In this document: in pieces, positions 1 to 8,919 of the stretch
How positions within the stretch are numbered: the stretch's first letter is position 1
How the letters are laid out: each line of letters opens with the position of its first letter
Made by a program: the position numbers and the translations under genes
The notes under the pieces: model-generated
What the model saw: the letters and a program-made list of their open reading frames with translations, nothing else
What the model was told of the DNA's origin: nothing
Database searches by the model: none
Assembly: GCA_963666975.2 (NCBI GenBank)
Contig: CAXVYR010000004.1
Span: 256,001-320,000, forward strand
Source of the DNA: Terriglobia bacterium
Lineage (GTDB): Bacteria > Acidobacteriota > Terriglobia > 2-12-FULL-54-10
Reading direction: 5' to 3'
Length of the DNA: 64,000 nt

Positions 1-250
1 CCAAAACCGCCGATGCGATCCTTATTCCAGGCAAAACATACGCCAATCGCCCGGTCGACTCAAGCTCAAACCATTGGCCCCTTTCTGTTGTCCTCTGGCG
101 GGCAAGACGGTGCGAGGTTTGGGTGGCGCTTTCTTGGAAGAACTTGTGTATGATGAGGCGGGGCCTTTGCTCTCCACGACCTTTAGGGGGCCGAAGAATT
201 GATCTTCGTTTTTGTGCTATTGGCCGCTTGATGGAAGGAAGAGGCAGACA

Positions 251-1192
251 ATGCCAAAGACGCTGATTAACGGGGTGAACCTCTACTACGAAGTTCACGG
301 CCGGGGATTTCCATTAGTGTGGAGTCACGAATTCGCCGGCGACTATCGCTCGTGGAAAACCCAGGTCGAGTTCTTCCAGCGCCGCTACCGCGTGATTACT
401 TACAACGCCAGGGGCTACCCTCCTTCCGATGTGCCAATGGACTTGTCCCTGTACACGCAGGAGAAGGCGGTGGAAGACCTTCGCGGGCTGCTCGACCACC
501 TGAGCATTGCGCAGGCACATGTCGGTGGCTTTTCTATGGGCGGGAGCGTCGCTCTGAACTTTGGCCTGGCCTATCCTCAGATGGCGAGGTCCTTGATTGT
601 GGCAGGTGCCGGAACGGGTTCCGCCGATCCGGAACTGTTTCGCCGGGGGCTGGAGGAGATTGCGCACCGTCTGGAGACCGAAGGAATGCCGAGCATGGCC
701 GATTATCTGCACGGGCCCCACCGAGTACAGCTCCTCCACAAAAACCCCAAGGCTTGGCGGGAACTTTCCCGGCATTTCTCGGAGCATTCGAACAGAGGCA
801 TGGCATTGACGTTGCGCGGTATCCAGGGTGGCCGCCCATCGATTTTTGAACTCGAGGCGAAATTGCGTACCCTCGATGTTCCTGTGCTGCTCATGGTAGG
901 CGACGAGGACGACCCCTGTCTCGAGCCGAGCGTCTTCATGAAGCGTTGCATCCCCCGGTCCGGTCTGGCAGTATTTCCCCGGACCGGCCACACCATCAAC
1001 CTGGAGGATCCTCGGTTCTTCAACCAGACAGTGCTGGGTTTCTTAAAGGCGGTTGAGGCAGACAATTGGGCGAAACGCGCCGCGGGCATTGCCTCCGCCT
1101 CCCTGGTAACCCGATCGGGTCGGATCGCTGGAGTAGCGGCTCCTCCTGAGCGTTCTGAGTCGGCTGGCAATAGCGTACCCTCTAACTCTTGA
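251..1192 (+). CDS. Alpha/beta fold hydrolase
   Basis: ATG at 251 after GGAAGAGG; nucleophile elbow GFSMGG, acid GDEDD, catalytic GHTINLE; typical N-terminus LYYEVHGRGFPLVWSH. Confidence 0.9.
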   Translation: MPKTLINGVNLYYEVHGRGFPLVWSHEFAGDYRSWKTQVEFFQRRYRVITYNARGYPPSDVPMDLSLYTQEKAVEDLRGLLDHLSIAQAHVGGFSMGGSVALNFGLAYPQMARSLIVAGAGTGSADPELFRRGLEEIAHRLETEGMPSMADYLHGPHRVQLLHKNPKAWRELSRHFSEHSNRGMALTLRGIQGGRPSIFELEAKLRTLDVPVLLMVGDEDDPCLEPSVFMKRCIPRSGLAVFPRTGHTINLEDPRFFNQTVLGFLKAVEADNWAKRAAGIASASLVTRSGRIAGVAAPPERSESAGNSVPSNS

Positions 1193-1207
1193 GGCACGGG
1201 AGAAAGC

Positions 1208-2179
1208 ATGATGCAAAACCCAAAGTTGTTTGCGGTCGCCCAGCGAGTGGTACAGGAGAGCGTTCAACTCCACTCCGGTGAAAGGGTATGCGTCGTCACG
1301 GATACAGAAAAGCAGACGTTGGCTGAGGTCTTTATGGATGCAGCGCGCAGCCGCGAGACAGACCCTGTGATGGCTCTCATGGCGCCGCGCAGTCAGCACG
1401 GCCAAGAAGTTCCCGAAGTGGTCGCTTCTGCGATGGCAGGGGCTGATGCGGTCTTTCAAGTGGTGACTCATGCAATGACGCACACCGCTGCCACCAAACG
1501 GGCGATGGCGGCAGGCGCGCGTATCCTTGTGTTGCGGGGAGTCACCGAAGATCTCATGCTCAACGGCGCAATTAACGCAGATTATAAACAGATAGCTGCC
1601 ATCTGCGCTCAACTGGCCATGGAGATGAAAGAGGCCAAACGGGCGCGCGTACGCACGGCACAAGGGACGGATATGGTGATGGATCTGACGGGCCGCTTGC
1701 CCCTGGTGTTGGATGGGATAGTGAAAGGACCAGGCACGTTTGCAGCAATGCCTGACGGCGAGACGGCTATTGTGCCCGTGGAAGGTTCCTCGGAGGGCGT
1801 GCTAGTCGTAGACAAGACCATGGATGGTATCGGCTCGCTCGATCAGCCTATACGAATGCGCGTGGCTCAAGGAAAGGTCATCTCGATTGAGGGGGGTGAG
1901 GCTGCTCGCCGGCTGCAGCATATAATCGAGACGTCCGATGATAATGCCACCAATATTGCTGAGTTTGCTATCGGAACGAATCCGAAGGCACGAATTATTG
2001 GTAACATGGCCGAAGACAAAAAGCTGGAAGGGTCTGTGCACATTGCGATTGGGGATAGTCACGTCATTGGCGGGACAGTCAAGAGTAACATCCATCTGGA
2101 TGGTTTGCTGCTCAACCCCACTGTAGAACTTGACGGAAAGCTCGTTGTCGATGAGGGCCGTTTGCTTCTCAGAAAATGA
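1208..2179 (+). CDS. M29/aminopeptidase T-like metalloenzyme (same fold family as the 2,5-dihydroxypyridine dioxygenase NicX)
   Basis: Motifs PDGE, AEFAIGTNP, EDKK..GSVHIAIG, HLDG. Confidence 0.8.
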   Translation: MMQNPKLFAVAQRVVQESVQLHSGERVCVVTDTEKQTLAEVFMDAARSRETDPVMALMAPRSQHGQEVPEVVASAMAGADAVFQVVTHAMTHTAATKRAMAAGARILVLRGVTEDLMLNGAINADYKQIAAICAQLAMEMKEAKRARVRTAQGTDMVMDLTGRLPLVLDGIVKGPGTFAAMPDGETAIVPVEGSSEGVLVVDKTMDGIGSLDQPIRMRVAQGKVISIEGGEAARRLQHIIETSDDNATNIAEFAIGTNPKARIIGNMAEDKKLEGSVHIAIGDSHVIGGTVKSNIHLDGLLLNPTVELDGKLVVDEGRLLLRK

Positions 2180-2330
2180 ACAGGGCTTTCTCCATACAAA
2201 CGATTGCACGATTGGCGCAGCGACCGAATGCGATCCCCGATGGTGGGGAAAAGTAGTCCCCCTGTGCTGATATCCACCCATCCGTGCAGTTTTCCTGGCG
2301 TTTGGGTTTAGCTCTTCGGAGCTGGCAAAG

Positions 2331-3179
2331 ATGAAGGTAGCGGTAGCGCAACTCGCTCCTGAGTTCGATCCAACGCGGAACGTTGAAAAGACCCTCGATG
2401 CAATGCGAGAAGCGGCGGGGCGGGGCGCTCAGCTGGTCGTACTGCCTGAGATGTGTCTGAGTCCGTATCAGCTTGAAGGCGAACCGCTTGAGCGCTGGGC
2501 GCAGGAGATTCCTGGGGGGATTTCCGTGCAGCGCTGGCTCCGTGAGAGCAAAGCGCTTGGAATCTATGTGGTAGCTGGCCTGCTGGAACGGGCGGGAGCC
2601 GATTACTACAACACGGCGGCAGTGCTGGGTCCTCAGGGGTTTCTATCGTACTATCGCAAAGCACACCTTTTCGGTTGGGAGCGACACCGCCTAGCTGCAG
2701 GTAATCGTGGATTCCTCTCGGTAGAAATCCAGGGAACGCGGCTGGGAATTTTGATCTGCTACGACTTACGCTTTATGGAAGCCGTGCGCCTGCTGGCATT
2801 GGAGAAGGTCCAGTTGTTGTGCGTTCCCACTGCCTGGTCAGACATAGGCAAACCTCAGCCGTTGGATCGATATGGTCTGTGCGCGGCAGCTCACATGTCA
2901 TTGGGCTATGCCTATGCCAACCGCTTGTTTGTCCTCTGTGCGAATCGTGTCGGCAGAGAGAAAGGCGTAGGGTACCTGGGTAACAGCCTTGTCGCTGGGC
3001 CGGCAGGGGAGACATTGGCAGGACCGGCGGGTCCTGAGGAAACAACGATACTGGTCGCCGACGTTGACCCAAAGCAAGCGGACGACAAACACGTGGGCGA
3101 AGACAACGATGTATTGGCTGACAGGCGCGTTGACTTATATACCATAGGATTGGCCGGGAGAAATTCTGCGTCGGATTAA
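2331..3179 (+). CDS. Carbon-nitrogen hydrolase (nitrilase/omega-amidase family)
   Basis: E-K-C triad: LPEM, YRKAHL, ICYDLRF; ANRVG. Confidence 0.9.
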   Translation: MKVAVAQLAPEFDPTRNVEKTLDAMREAAGRGAQLVVLPEMCLSPYQLEGEPLERWAQEIPGGISVQRWLRESKALGIYVVAGLLERAGADYYNTAAVLGPQGFLSYYRKAHLFGWERHRLAAGNRGFLSVEIQGTRLGILICYDLRFMEAVRLLALEKVQLLCVPTAWSDIGKPQPLDRYGLCAAAHMSLGYAYANRLFVLCANRVGREKGVGYLGNSLVAGPAGETLAGPAGPEETTILVADVDPKQADDKHVGEDNDVLADRRVDLYTIGLAGRNSASD

Positions 3180-3198
3180 GACCGCGAAACGGAGACCG

Positions 3199-3996
3199 AT
3201 GGATTTAGGGCTGAAGGGTAAAATTGCGCTGGTGACGGGGGGAAGCAGAGGCATCGGTAAGGCGATTGCGCTTGCCTTGGCACAGGAGGGATGCCGCATC
3301 GCGATTTGTGCGCGCGGGGAAGCCCTCCTCAAGCAGACCAGTGAAGAGATTCGGCGCACAACCAGCGGCGAGGCAGTGCCCTTCATTGCAGACCTAACCC
3401 GCATGGAAGAAGTCACCCGCATGGTGGACGGGATGATCCGCCATTTTGGACGTATTGATATATTGGTAAACAATGCGGGCAACGCGCCGGGCGGCCTACT
3501 GGAAAATCTTACAGAAGAAGATTGGGCGCAGGCTTTGCAGCTCAAGTTCATGGGCTATGTGCGCTGCTGCAAGGCCGTCCTGCCGCACATGCGAGCGCAG
3601 GGGCGGGGACGGGTTATTAACATTGTAGGGAACGATGGCGTCAAGCACTCTTTCTGGGAGATTTCCCCCGGTGCTGTCAATGCGGCCGACCTCAACCTGA
3701 CGCTCTCCTTGGCGGAGCAGTACGGCAAACAGAACATTACCTTCGTGGCAGTGAATCCAGGCCCAGTGCGCACTGAGCGTTGGGACGGGTTGGTTCAGGC
3801 ACTAGCGCGGGACAGGGGCACCAGCGAGAAGGAGGCCGACCGGCGCGCTGTCGCAAGCATCCCTTTGGGGCGAATCTGTACCCCGGAAGAGGTAGCCGAT
3901 CTGGCTACATTTTTGGCTTCCGATCGAGCCCATTTTATCAATGGCACGATGATCAATATTGACGGTGGCCAGCGCAAGGCCGTCATGGATATCTAA
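3199..3996 (+). CDS. SDR family oxidoreductase (atypical, no YxxxK)
   Basis: TGGSRGIG, NNAG, NPGPVRT, IDGG; catalytic segment reads ISPGAVNAA. Confidence 0.9.
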   Translation: MDLGLKGKIALVTGGSRGIGKAIALALAQEGCRIAICARGEALLKQTSEEIRRTTSGEAVPFIADLTRMEEVTRMVDGMIRHFGRIDILVNNAGNAPGGLLENLTEEDWAQALQLKFMGYVRCCKAVLPHMRAQGRGRVINIVGNDGVKHSFWEISPGAVNAADLNLTLSLAEQYGKQNITFVAVNPGPVRTERWDGLVQALARDRGTSEKEADRRAVASIPLGRICTPEEVADLATFLASDRAHFINGTMINIDGGQRKAVMDI

Positions 3997-4121
3997 CTCC
4001 ATTCCTTCGCAAGTCCTCATCGCACTGTGCGTCTTCAGGACATTTGAGGCAGGCTGACGCACAGACGGCTGACGTTTGGTTTGAGGCGAAGAGGAAAGCG
4101 CAAATCGGAAATTCCGTTAAG

Positions 4122-5405
4122 ATGAAGCGAGAACAAGTTGTGCAGGACATCCTGGACCGAATCAATCCCAACGAGCTGGTGAAGGTCGCGCTGGATTTGG
4201 GCAACATCGACAGCCCAACCGGCCAAGAGGGAGAGATAGCCGAGTTTGTCTACGGCTGGTTGGGGCAACAGGGCTTTGCTCCGCGCAAGCTGGGGTTGTT
4301 CCGGAATCGCTTCAACGTCGCAGCCACTTTGCCGGGGAACTCCCGTGGCAGGAGCCTGGTTTTCAACAGCCACATGGATACCACCATCGCCAAGGAGGAG
4401 GTTTGGACCACGCGAAGGGCGGCAGACCCGATTTTCCACTCGGCGTGGCGGGAGGGCGACCTGCTCATCGGCAACGGCATCTGCAACGATAAAGGGCCGA
4501 TGGCCTCCTGGCTGATCGCGGCGAAGGCGATCCGTGAGAGCGGCGTTAGCATGAAGGGCGACCTCGTTCTGACGGCCGTCGTCGGGGAAATCGGTCTTGA
4601 ACCGGTGGACGAATTCGAGTCTCCGGAATATCTGGCCAAAGAGGCCGGGACGCGATACGCTGTAACGCACGGGGCAGTCGGCGATTACGCGCTGGTCGCA
4701 GAGGGGACCGATTTCGGCCTGGTCTGGGTGGAGGCGGGAAAAGCTTTCTTTAAGATCACCGTCTTTGGGGAAGACGTGCCCATCTATACGCCCTACATTC
4801 AGCGGCCGGTGTCGACCGAGAAGAACCCGAATGCCATCGTTCGCATGACCCGCTTGATCGAACATCTGGAGAGCTGGGCGTACGATTACGAGCGGCGGAA
4901 CCGCTACGAATGCCCCGGCGGCGTGGTAGTCCCCAAAGTCAATATCGGCGCGATCAGGGGAGGCGTACCTTACAAAATCACCAAGACCGTCCAGCAATGC
5001 GCGATCTACGTGGATGTCCGTATTACGCCGACTCAGAATCCTCTGGACGTGAGGGAGGAGCTACGCGGTCTGCTTTCCAGCGCGGGACTGAACGGCGAGG
5101 TCGAGCTGTATGTCTACCGGCGAGGATACGAGGGTCGTCAGGTGGAGCCTCTGGCTGGGTCCATCCGGCAATCCCACCGGCAGATCTTCGGCGAGCTTCC
5201 CAAGCTCGCCCCGGCCCCGTATTCCAGCATGTGGCGGGACATTAATGTCTTCAACGAGATGGGGATTCCCGCCATCACCTACGGACCCGGAGCCAGCGTG
5301 GGAGGCGGCAACTTTGCCATGCGCATCGAGGATCTGGTCGCAGCCGCGAAACTCTATGCGCTCATCGCGCTGGATGTCTGTAACCAGGAGAGAAACGCGG
5401 ACTGA
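4122..5405 (+). CDS. M20/ArgE-DapE family metallo-amidohydrolase
   Basis: SPTGQE, NSHMDT, GNGICNDKG, GEIG, EGT, YGPG; ATG 4122 chosen as start. Confidence 0.85.
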   Translation: MKREQVVQDILDRINPNELVKVALDLGNIDSPTGQEGEIAEFVYGWLGQQGFAPRKLGLFRNRFNVAATLPGNSRGRSLVFNSHMDTTIAKEEVWTTRRAADPIFHSAWREGDLLIGNGICNDKGPMASWLIAAKAIRESGVSMKGDLVLTAVVGEIGLEPVDEFESPEYLAKEAGTRYAVTHGAVGDYALVAEGTDFGLVWVEAGKAFFKITVFGEDVPIYTPYIQRPVSTEKNPNAIVRMTRLIEHLESWAYDYERRNRYECPGGVVVPKVNIGAIRGGVPYKITKTVQQCAIYVDVRITPTQNPLDVREELRGLLSSAGLNGEVELYVYRRGYEGRQVEPLAGSIRQSHRQIFGELPKLAPAPYSSMWRDINVFNEMGIPAITYGPGASVGGGNFAMRIEDLVAAAKLYALIALDVCNQERNAD

Positions 5406-5512
5406 GTTGCCGAGGTGGTCCGGCAAAGAGAACCCCTGCCGTGGCTAGCAGCCTGGGGAACTATGTCACTCCGCTGCGGGAAATGGGCCGGGAGACCCAG
5501 AAAGGAATTTCT

Positions 5513-6556
5513 ATGAGCGGTATCAATCGCAGACAGTTTCTCAGATATAGCGGCTCGAGCATAGGAACGGCCATTTGCAGCAGGGGAAGTTCAGTCGCTC
5601 TCTTTGGCCAAAACCCGTCGACGGTGCGTCTCTGCAGCCTCTCCGGCGGGATGAGCGCCGTAGCAGCCAACCTTTTGGTCCGCTCCGGAGCCGCACAAAA
5701 GCGGGGACTGAACGTGGAATTGCGGTCCTTCGGATCCGATGTTTCCGTCCAGAACTTCCTGCAAGGTCTCGCAGACGTTTCCTTCGACTTCGGTCCTAGC
5801 CAGGTAGCCCTTGCCTGGTCTAGATTTCCCACGGCAATCATCAACAGCGTTCAGTGCAGCCAAAATGCGGTGATTGCCCGGACCGATTCGGGGATTGAGA
5901 GGATGGAGGATCTCCTCAACTTCGAGCAAAGGCGCGGACGAAAACCAAAATTGGGGATTTTCGGTCGGGACTCTTCCAACTTCAATGAACTTACGGTGTT
6001 ATTGGCTGTAAAGTTTGGAGTGAATCGTCCCCGGCTGGAACAAACCTTCGATCTCGTGGAGGCCTCTCCTCCAGGGCTTATTCCCTTACTGAGCCGCGGG
6101 GACATTGATGCCGCGACGTTGTTTGACCCCCTGGTCTTACGGGCTGAAATCGATGCCAATGCCCAGATCATCTTCGGTCCGTATACACAAGAGTTCGAGG
6201 CTATCTGGGGGGCGCCCAAAATCCTGGTTGGTATCACTGTCCAGGTTGATTTCCTTCGGAAGAACCTTGACCTGATAAAGCGCTTCCGAGAGGCCTGGAT
6301 CGAGACGGTCGAGTGGGCGTCCAGTAACGGGTACGAGTTCTTTCGAGAAGACCGCTTCAAGCAGCTAACGGGCATCCGGGAAAACGGCGACATCAATCGC
6401 CTGATAGAGCGCAATATCAAGTTGCCGCTGTTTATTGCACGTTGGGACCAGGCAATGAAGCAGACTCAGCTCAATTATCTCAGGGTCGCCGCCCAACAAG
6501 GCATCCTTCCCTCCATTCCGGACACACCTATGACAGATCTTGAAAACTTCATCTAG
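5513..6556 (+). CDS. Tat-exported NMT1/SsuA-type substrate-binding protein (paralog 1)
   Basis: AGGAA RBS; twin-arginine NRRQFL; L..GDIDAA.LFDP binding-protein motif. Confidence 0.75.
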   Translation: MSGINRRQFLRYSGSSIGTAICSRGSSVALFGQNPSTVRLCSLSGGMSAVAANLLVRSGAAQKRGLNVELRSFGSDVSVQNFLQGLADVSFDFGPSQVALAWSRFPTAIINSVQCSQNAVIARTDSGIERMEDLLNFEQRRGRKPKLGIFGRDSSNFNELTVLLAVKFGVNRPRLEQTFDLVEASPPGLIPLLSRGDIDAATLFDPLVLRAEIDANAQIIFGPYTQEFEAIWGAPKILVGITVQVDFLRKNLDLIKRFREAWIETVEWASSNGYEFFREDRFKQLTGIRENGDINRLIERNIKLPLFIARWDQAMKQTQLNYLRVAAQQGILPSIPDTPMTDLENFI

Positions 6557-6583
6557 GGGGTTGTTGGAAAAGTGGTGTATGGG

Positions 6584-6632
6584 TCCGCTTGCTCACCCCT
6601 CGGCTTCGCTCGGGACAGGCACGCACGGGTCG
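6584..6632. repeat. REP-like palindromic repeat with nested CCCTCGGCTTCGCTCGGGACA unit
   Basis: Between convergent genes; the inner unit matches the reverse complement of a unit at about 19558-19580. Confidence 0.55.
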
Positions 6633-6652
6633 GTTGGGCAGTTCATTCCATA

Positions 6653-8458
6653 CTAAAAATTCGGAGACCGAAAGACGATCTTCCCTCCCAGGCCGGTCAT
6701 CAGGTTCTTGATGTTAAAAAGCTCTCTCGGAGGAATGGTGAAATAATCCCGGTCGATCACGGCAAAGTCGGCCAGCTTGCCTGGCTCGAGCGTGCCGATT
6801 TCCTTTTCGCGGAGAACATACTCAGCCGCCCAGTTGGTCCAACCCCTCAGGGCGGAGATGCGGTCGATCCGCTCCTCCGGCGTCCAGACCTTGCCCTTCA
6901 GTTCCCGCGTCACATAAAAGGCGACCCATGGCCAGACCGAGTCGCGGTAAGGCCAGTCCCGGATCAGAGCCTCCTGGATCATCTTCTCCGCATTGTCGCC
7001 CAGTCTCCCAATGTGGGCGTCTGAGGAGAAGATCATCCGCGCGCCCGAGTCCAGCCAACTCTTGGCCGGCTCAATCCAGGGGACGTATTGCTCCCCGTAG
7101 TCTCTCTCGGTGAGGAGCCGAGCCCGCGAAAACTGCGTGGCCTGGAAGCTCATGAAAAAGCCGAACCGGGCCGCGATGGCAGGTTGCTCCGGCCGGATCA
7201 TTAGGCCATGTTCAAAACCCCAGCGCATCTTCCGAATTTCCTCCAGCGTCAGGGCGTCCCGGCCCTTCATGGCCTCCCCGGCCAATTGGAAGGCGCCGTC
7301 GAGCATCCCGTCGCTGGTGGCATGCAGAATGGCCACCCGTAAACCGGATTTCACCGCGGACAGCAGAGCGTCAAAGTAGGGTTGCCCCGGCACGGTCTGG
7401 CAGGCGGTCCGCCGGTCGCGCTCTCGAACCGCTTCCGTGAGGCCGATGGCCTGCGTGCACCCCTGGCCCCAGGACTCTCCTCCCACGCCCATGTTCCACA
7501 AAAAATCGGTCCCATGCCCCACAATGTCTCCCATCAGCCGGTAGAACTCCACCGGGTCTTTGGCCAGGGAAAAGCCGGCGCGATGGACCCAGGCAAATCG
7601 CATGGGCATCCTTCCTTGCTGGTCCAACAATTTCAGAGCCCGCAAGACATTCTGCGGTTCGATGTGACTCCCAAACGTGGTGAGCCCATAGGCTGAGTTC
7701 TCCGCCATCTCTTCTTCCATGAAGTCGGCGATGACGGGCAACCGGTCTCGCAGAATGATGTCGTGAGGGACAAGATAGCGGGCGCGCAACCCGTATACCA
7801 CTGTTCCCAGGTTTTCCCGCATGAGCTGTCTGGCTTTGCTGTTGGAAAAGCCGCCCAGGTAGCCGGACTCGATCAGGACCGGGTTGTCCGGAGCCAAACG
7901 GTCCAACTCCTCCTGGGTAATCACGTTCTCCTCGATGGCCTGATCCCCGTCGGCCAACTGCCAAGGGATGTTGACGCTGACCCATTTCCCCTTCCCCAGT
8001 TCCCGAATGCGGTTTTGGATGGTGGGTCCCAGCTTCGAGCGGAGTTCATCCAGGTTGCTGGCCGGCAAAAAGACGGGTTCCAGTTGTTTGTCGTACTTTC
8101 CCCCCAGGTGCCACAGACCCCACAGGTGCGGATGCGTGTGGGCATCAATGATGCCCGGAACCACGGTCCTCCCCTTCAAGTCAATCATTTCGGTCTGCGG
8201 CCCGGCCAGCGGCGTGATCTGCGCGTCTGTCCCCAGCCTCCAGATCCGGTCCTCGCGCACCGCCATTGCATTGTAGAAGGTCAGGCTCGGGTCCATGCTG
8301 GCAATCTTGCCGTTGTGCAGGATCAGGGTCGGGTAGACGGCCAGCTCCCGCAGCGTGCCCATGTCTTGCGCCTGGGAGCTTTTGCTCGGAAAACAAACAG
8401 CCACCAGAATCAGGAATGCCAAGCTGAAAAAGGAGACAAACAATTTTTTCATCATCAT
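6653..8458 (-). CDS. Secreted amidohydrolase_3 (YtcJ/NfdA-like), paralog 1
   Basis: Sec-type signal MKKLFVSFFSLAFLILVAVC; DLKGRTVVPGIIDAHTH, HATSD, FEHG, SSDAH, GTLEPGKLADF; GGAGGG RBS. Confidence 0.88.
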   Translation of the reverse strand: MMMKKLFVSFFSLAFLILVAVCFPSKSSQAQDMGTLRELAVYPTLILHNGKIASMDPSLTFYNAMAVREDRIWRLGTDAQITPLAGPQTEMIDLKGRTVVPGIIDAHTHPHLWGLWHLGGKYDKQLEPVFLPASNLDELRSKLGPTIQNRIRELGKGKWVSVNIPWQLADGDQAIEENVITQEELDRLAPDNPVLIESGYLGGFSNSKARQLMRENLGTVVYGLRARYLVPHDIILRDRLPVIADFMEEEMAENSAYGLTTFGSHIEPQNVLRALKLLDQQGRMPMRFAWVHRAGFSLAKDPVEFYRLMGDIVGHGTDFLWNMGVGGESWGQGCTQAIGLTEAVRERDRRTACQTVPGQPYFDALLSAVKSGLRVAILHATSDGMLDGAFQLAGEAMKGRDALTLEEIRKMRWGFEHGLMIRPEQPAIAARFGFFMSFQATQFSRARLLTERDYGEQYVPWIEPAKSWLDSGARMIFSSDAHIGRLGDNAEKMIQEALIRDWPYRDSVWPWVAFYVTRELKGKVWTPEERIDRISALRGWTNWAAEYVLREKEIGTLEPGKLADFAVIDRDYFTIPPRELFNIKNLMTGLGGKIVFRSPNF

Positions 8459-8533
8459 TCCCTCCGGCAGACCCCCAAGTGGGAGGTTGCCCACGCAGTT
8501 TAGCATCCGTTGCAGGTCCTAGCGCGATCCGGA

Positions 8534-8598
8534 CTAAAAATTGGGAGAGCGGTACACGATCTTCCCTCACAGGCCGGTCATCAGGTTCCTGATATTAA
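8534..8598 (-). pseudogene. 3' remnant of a fourth amidohydrolase_3 paralog
   Basis: Translates NIRNLMTGL*GKIVYRSPNF* versus NIKNLMTGLGGKIVFRSPNF* at the end of 6653-8458; cut off at the IS end at 8599. Confidence 0.85.
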
Positions 8599-8690
8599 CC
8601 GGAATTAATTTTTTGGCTCTCCGGCAGTTGCGAGTATACACCCATCAGCCTCCAACTGAGCCCTTCCAGCACAGGTTTGCTGCCAGCCCA
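8599..8690 (+). mobile_element. Solo left end of IS1380-family element
   Basis: CCGGAATTAATTTTTTGGCTCTCCGGCAGTTGCGAGTATAC...GAGCCCTTCCAG closely matches the end of the IS1380 derivative at about 24505-24581 (reverse complement); AT-rich flank ATTAA. Confidence 0.7.
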
Positions 8691-8919
8691 TCGAGATTCG
8701 GTACGCTGTTAGTTAAGGTGAGGTGGTTCAATTTGCGGCTCGGGTTCTGGGATGACGGATGGTCTATCGGGAAACCTGTGGACTTACTCCTATGCTGCTG
8801 CTGCCGCGGTGATTCCGCAATCTAGTGTTGTTAGCGCATCCCTATCTCCAACAACGTATTGAACATTACAGCGTTATGCTCATCTCACCAACACTCGATT
8901 GCGGAATCACCCTGCGGAT

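Noticed and set aside
8822-8900. attC-like words (AACAAC...GCGTTATGC) suggesting an integron cassette array of amidohydrolases
   Set aside because: There are no complementary R''/R' or L boxes, the segment is too short, it is not repeated after other genes, and there is no integron integrase.
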